A stretch of DNA of 32,000 nucleotides from Caedibacter taeniospiralis. Its GTDB lineage: Bacteria; Pseudomonadota; Gammaproteobacteria; Francisellales; Francisellaceae. A program made the translations under genes and the position numbers. Positions 29,455 through 32,000 of the stretch are shown here, piece after piece. Numbering within the stretch: position 1 is the stretch's first letter; each line of letters begins with the position of its first letter. The notes below the pieces were generated by a model. That model was not told the origin of the DNA, made no database searches, and was given only the letters and a program-made list of their open reading frames with translations. The stretch lies in NCBI RefSeq assembly GCF_002803295.2, contig NZ_PGGB02000005.1:59-32058 (forward strand), in the 5' to 3' direction.

Positions 29455-29937
29455 ATGGCACAACAAAAAATACTGATTCTTGGAATCGGCTCACCCTTTG
29501 GTGATGATCAGTTTGGCTGGCTGACAGTAAGAAAGGTCAAGGAGATGCTGACGGCTGATGTTAAAAGAAACATTGATATGGAAATTGTCGATCGCCCTGG
29601 GCTTAATCTTTTACGTTTTTTAGAAATAAATTATGCCAAAATTATTTTAATTGATGCCGTCAATGCCAACGTTGAGCCAGGGAGGCAGTTTTATTTAAAA
29701 GCTGATGAAATCATAGAATTTACAGGTTTTTTATCCTCACATAATATTGGTGTCGCACCTTCTTTGGCGCTTGCTTTTGCCCTTGATATGCCGATTAAGC
29801 ATATTGTATTTTACGGCGTGCAAGGTGAGCGGTTATTTGTAAAAGATAATGTGGTATCACAGGTAGTTGAAGAAGCAGTGATTAAGGTTGCCCATAATAT
29901 TCTTAGTGCTGAGTCTGGGCTGCCTGAATCGCGGTAA
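29455..29937 (+). CDS. hydrogenase maturation protease family (peptidase A31, HybD/HyaD-like) protein
   Basis: This 160-aa ORF is collinear with E. coli HybD. ILILGIGSPFGDDQFG matches ILVLGVGNILLTDEAIG, IILIDAV matches LIIADAI, and LSSHNIG matches ISPHQLG. The three metal-ligand positions (acidic, Asp, His) are therefore conserved. It starts 12 nt after the upstream lipoprotein gene and overlaps the pta 3' end by 35 nt. Confidence 0.7.
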   Translation: MAQQKILILGIGSPFGDDQFGWLTVRKVKEMLTADVKRNIDMEIVDRPGLNLLRFLEINYAKIILIDAVNANVEPGRQFYLKADEIIEFTGFLSSHNIGVAPSLALAFALDMPIKHIVFYGVQGERLFVKDNVVSQVVEEAVIKVAHNILSAESGLPESR

Positions 29938-32000
29938 TCGCAATGGTGTAAATAATATCGTCAACTGTGGCTCCTCTGGATAGGTCGTTCACGGGTTTGT
30001 TAAGACCTTGAAGAACGGGTCCAATGCTTAAAACATCGGCACTTCTTTGCACCGCTTTATAAGTTGTGTTTCCTGTGTTTAAATCAGGGAAAATGAGGAC
30101 AGTTGCTTTACCCGCCACGGAACTACCAGGGGCTTTTTTTCTGGCAACCGATAATGTGGTTGCGGCATCGTATTGCAGTGGTCCATCAATCATAAGTTCA
30201 GGCTTGTTTTGTCTGACGAGTGCTGTTGCCGATTTCACTTTATCAACATCGACGCCATGACCTGAGTCGCCTGTGCTATAGCTGATCATGGCAATTTTGG
30301 GTTCAATACCGAAAGCTTTGGCAGACTTCGCACTTTGTATGGCAATTTCAGCTAATTGCTCGGCATTTGGATCTGGGTTCACCGCGCAATCACCATAAAC
30401 AAGCACCTGATCCTCAAGACACATGAAAAAGACAGAGGAGACGATGGAACATTCGGGTCTCGTTTTAATGATTTTAAGCGCGGGAGAAAGGGTGTGTGCT
30501 GTGGTGTTAAGTGCACCTGCCACAAGCCCATCGACGTCATTCATTTGCAACATCATGGTCCCAAGCGTGATATTATCTTCAAGTGCATCAGTGGCCATCA
30601 TCTCAGTCATCCCTTTATGCTTACGAATCTCTACCAGCGGCTTAATATATTGGCTTTTAACATCCTCAGGATCAATAATGCTAAGACCATCAGGAATGCT
30701 CAAACCATGTTTTTGTGCGATCTCTAGAACCTGATTGCGCTTGGCCAGTAAGATACATTCAGCAATATTGCGCCTGGTGCAGAAAATCGCTGCCTCGATG
30801 GTTCGAGGTTCTAAACCTTCAGGCAAAACAATACGTTTCTTCACTTCCATGGCACGCTTAATCAAATAATGGCGAAACGCAGGCGGTGACATTTTTTTAT
30901 GCACGGGCATTTTTGTCAGTCTGGCTTCTATTTTATGGATATCAATACATTCAGCGATTGATGATTTTAATAAGTTAAGGCGAGTAATATCGTCTTTGGG
31001 GATGCTGCTGTAGTCAATATCAGCAAGTTTTAGAATGGTGCTCATGCTTTTATTTTCGGTAGTAAAAATGGGCAATGCCATCTGTTTGGCAGCATCCATG
31101 CAGAAATCAATAAGGCGTTCATTTGCCAGAGAATAAGCGGTTAAGATGAGTCCTCCAACTTTAATGCCTTTTTTGGCGGCAAGGGTTGCGCCTAAAATAA
31201 TATCACTGCGATCAGCTGCAGTAATAATCAAGGTCCCTGCTTGAAATTCATCGGCAACGTGATCAATCGTTCTTGAGCACATGGTGACCACTTTTATGCG
31301 TCGACTACGGTCAAAGTCTGGATAAAGTGGCTTAAGATTAAGTCTGTCAGCAACATCGACAATGCGGGGATAGGTTAGCTCATTTTGCCAGTGGGTAACG
31401 CCTAATAAGGATAATTGTTTTGTTTGAAACAAGGATAAGCTGGCAATATCCTCAATCGAAATATGGGGTGCCTGCTCATGTAAAGTTTCATCCAAAAGAC
31501 TAAAGCGGTTATTGCCATTGGTATCAAGGGGCGCGTTGATTTTGGTAATAATGGTCCCAAGCAGCACATCTTGTGGGATCTGCTGCTGATGCAGCTTAAG
31601 CTGAATTTCGAGATCTTTGAGATTCTTATAGCCCTGGCGGGCAATTAAAATAACATTGGCATTAAACGTGTGAATAAGCGTTTTATTAAAGAGATTGATG
31701 TAGGCATTTGACCAGTCAAAAGCATTATGGTTGTGCTCTTTGATAAAGATGCCGTCAATAAGGGTGATGTCAGCGCTTTGGCTAAGTCGATCATAAATGG
31801 TTAATAGATGTTCAAAAAAGTCTTTGACTTTGTTTTGGCGAAAATATTGTTCCATCTCAGCAGCAGGAAGTTCGGCATCAAACAAAGGATTAAATAGTTT
31901 GACGGTATAACCCTGCTGTTCCAGTGCATACTTTAGACCCTGTTTTAAAGAAAACAGCCCAACTCCCTGCCCTGTGGGCAGTAAAACAATTGGTAGACTC
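29903..32000 (-). CDS. pta: phosphate acetyltransferase (long form with N-terminal regulatory domain), 5' end off-window
   Basis: The C-terminal PTA_PTB domain is near-identical to E. coli Pta (SPPAFRHYL..., RIVLPEG.EPRT, GDCAVNPDP.AEQLAEIAIQSA, FPDLNTGNTTYKAVQRSA, ...YTIAITAIQAAQTQH*). The minus-strand frame stays open past the ORF-track TTG (31885) to the window edge, reading ...IVLLPTGQGVGLFSLKQGLKYALEQQGYTVKLFNP, which matches the E. coli N-terminus [35 protein letters not shown]. Confidence 0.95.
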   Translation of the reverse strand, partial: SLPIVLLPTGQGVGLFSLKQGLKYALEQQGYTVKLFNPLFDAELPAAEMEQYFRQNKVKDFFEHLLTIYDRLSQSADITLIDGIFIKEHNHNAFDWSNAYINLFNKTLIHTFNANVILIARQGYKNLKDLEIQLKLHQQQIPQDVLLGTIITKINAPLDTNGNNRFSLLDETLHEQAPHISIEDIASLSLFQTKQLSLLGVTHWQNELTYPRIVDVADRLNLKPLYPDFDRSRRIKVVTMCSRTIDHVADEFQAGTLIITAADRSDIILGATLAAKKGIKVGGLILTAYSLANERLIDFCMDAAKQMALPIFTTENKSMSTILKLADIDYSSIPKDDITRLNLLKSSIAECIDIHKIEARLTKMPVHKKMSPPAFRHYLIKRAMEVKKRIVLPEGLEPRTIEAAIFCTRRNIAECILLAKRNQVLEIAQKHGLSIPDGLSIIDPEDVKSQYIKPLVEIRKHKGMTEMMATDALEDNITLGTMMLQMNDVDGLVAGALNTTAHTLSPALKIIKTRPECSIVSSVFFMCLEDQVLVYGDCAVNPDPNAEQLAEIAIQSAKSAKAFGIEPKIAMISYSTGDSGHGVDVDKVKSATALVRQNKPELMIDGPLQYDAATTLSVARKKAPGSSVAGKATVLIFPDLNTGNTTYKAVQRSADVLSIGPVLQGLNKPVNDLSRGATVDDIIYTIAITAIQAAQTQH

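Overview
This window is an AT-rich gammaproteobacterial chromosome segment, and it is mostly housekeeping core genome. The taxon call is an inference from end-to-end collinearity of the translated ORFs with E. coli proteins; a Legionellales- or Thiotrichales-like lineage is only a guess. I can support 24 protein genes: yajC-secD-secF, an MFS transporter, gyrA, dxr, bamA-skp, an RlmI-like methyltransferase, epmA, tal-ispG, a solitary YhcG/DUF1016 PDDEXK nuclease, fadH, rsgA, fabD-fabG, leuS-lptE, a secreted/lipoprotein cluster (DUF2147, LpoB-like, COG3014-like) followed by an orphan hydrogenase-maturation-type (A31) protease, and a 5'-truncated pta. I saw no rRNA, tRNA, CRISPR array, transposase or integrase. 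I cannot defend a complete novel multi-gene system here. The signals worth a second look are non-coding or contextual. (1) A 224-nt, roughly 56% GC, hairpin-dense element closed by a long-range helix sits between dxr and bamA, where uppS-cdsA-rseP normally lie. (2) A 62-nt two-hairpin repeat occurs twice, with compensatory base-pair changes between the copies. (3) A MITE-like 167-nt imperfect palindrome fills the fabD-fabG spacer, and fragments of its arms recur in other spacers. (4) The PDDEXK nuclease gene is bracketed by a 13/14-nt direct repeat. (5) The A31 protease has no hydrogenase within 30 kb, is tightly linked to the envelope lipoprotein genes and overlaps pta convergently. (6) Several conserved gene clusters are broken, and gyrA and dxr abut in frame. 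Several genes appear to use TTG or GTG starts (yajC, dxr, bamA, rsgA).
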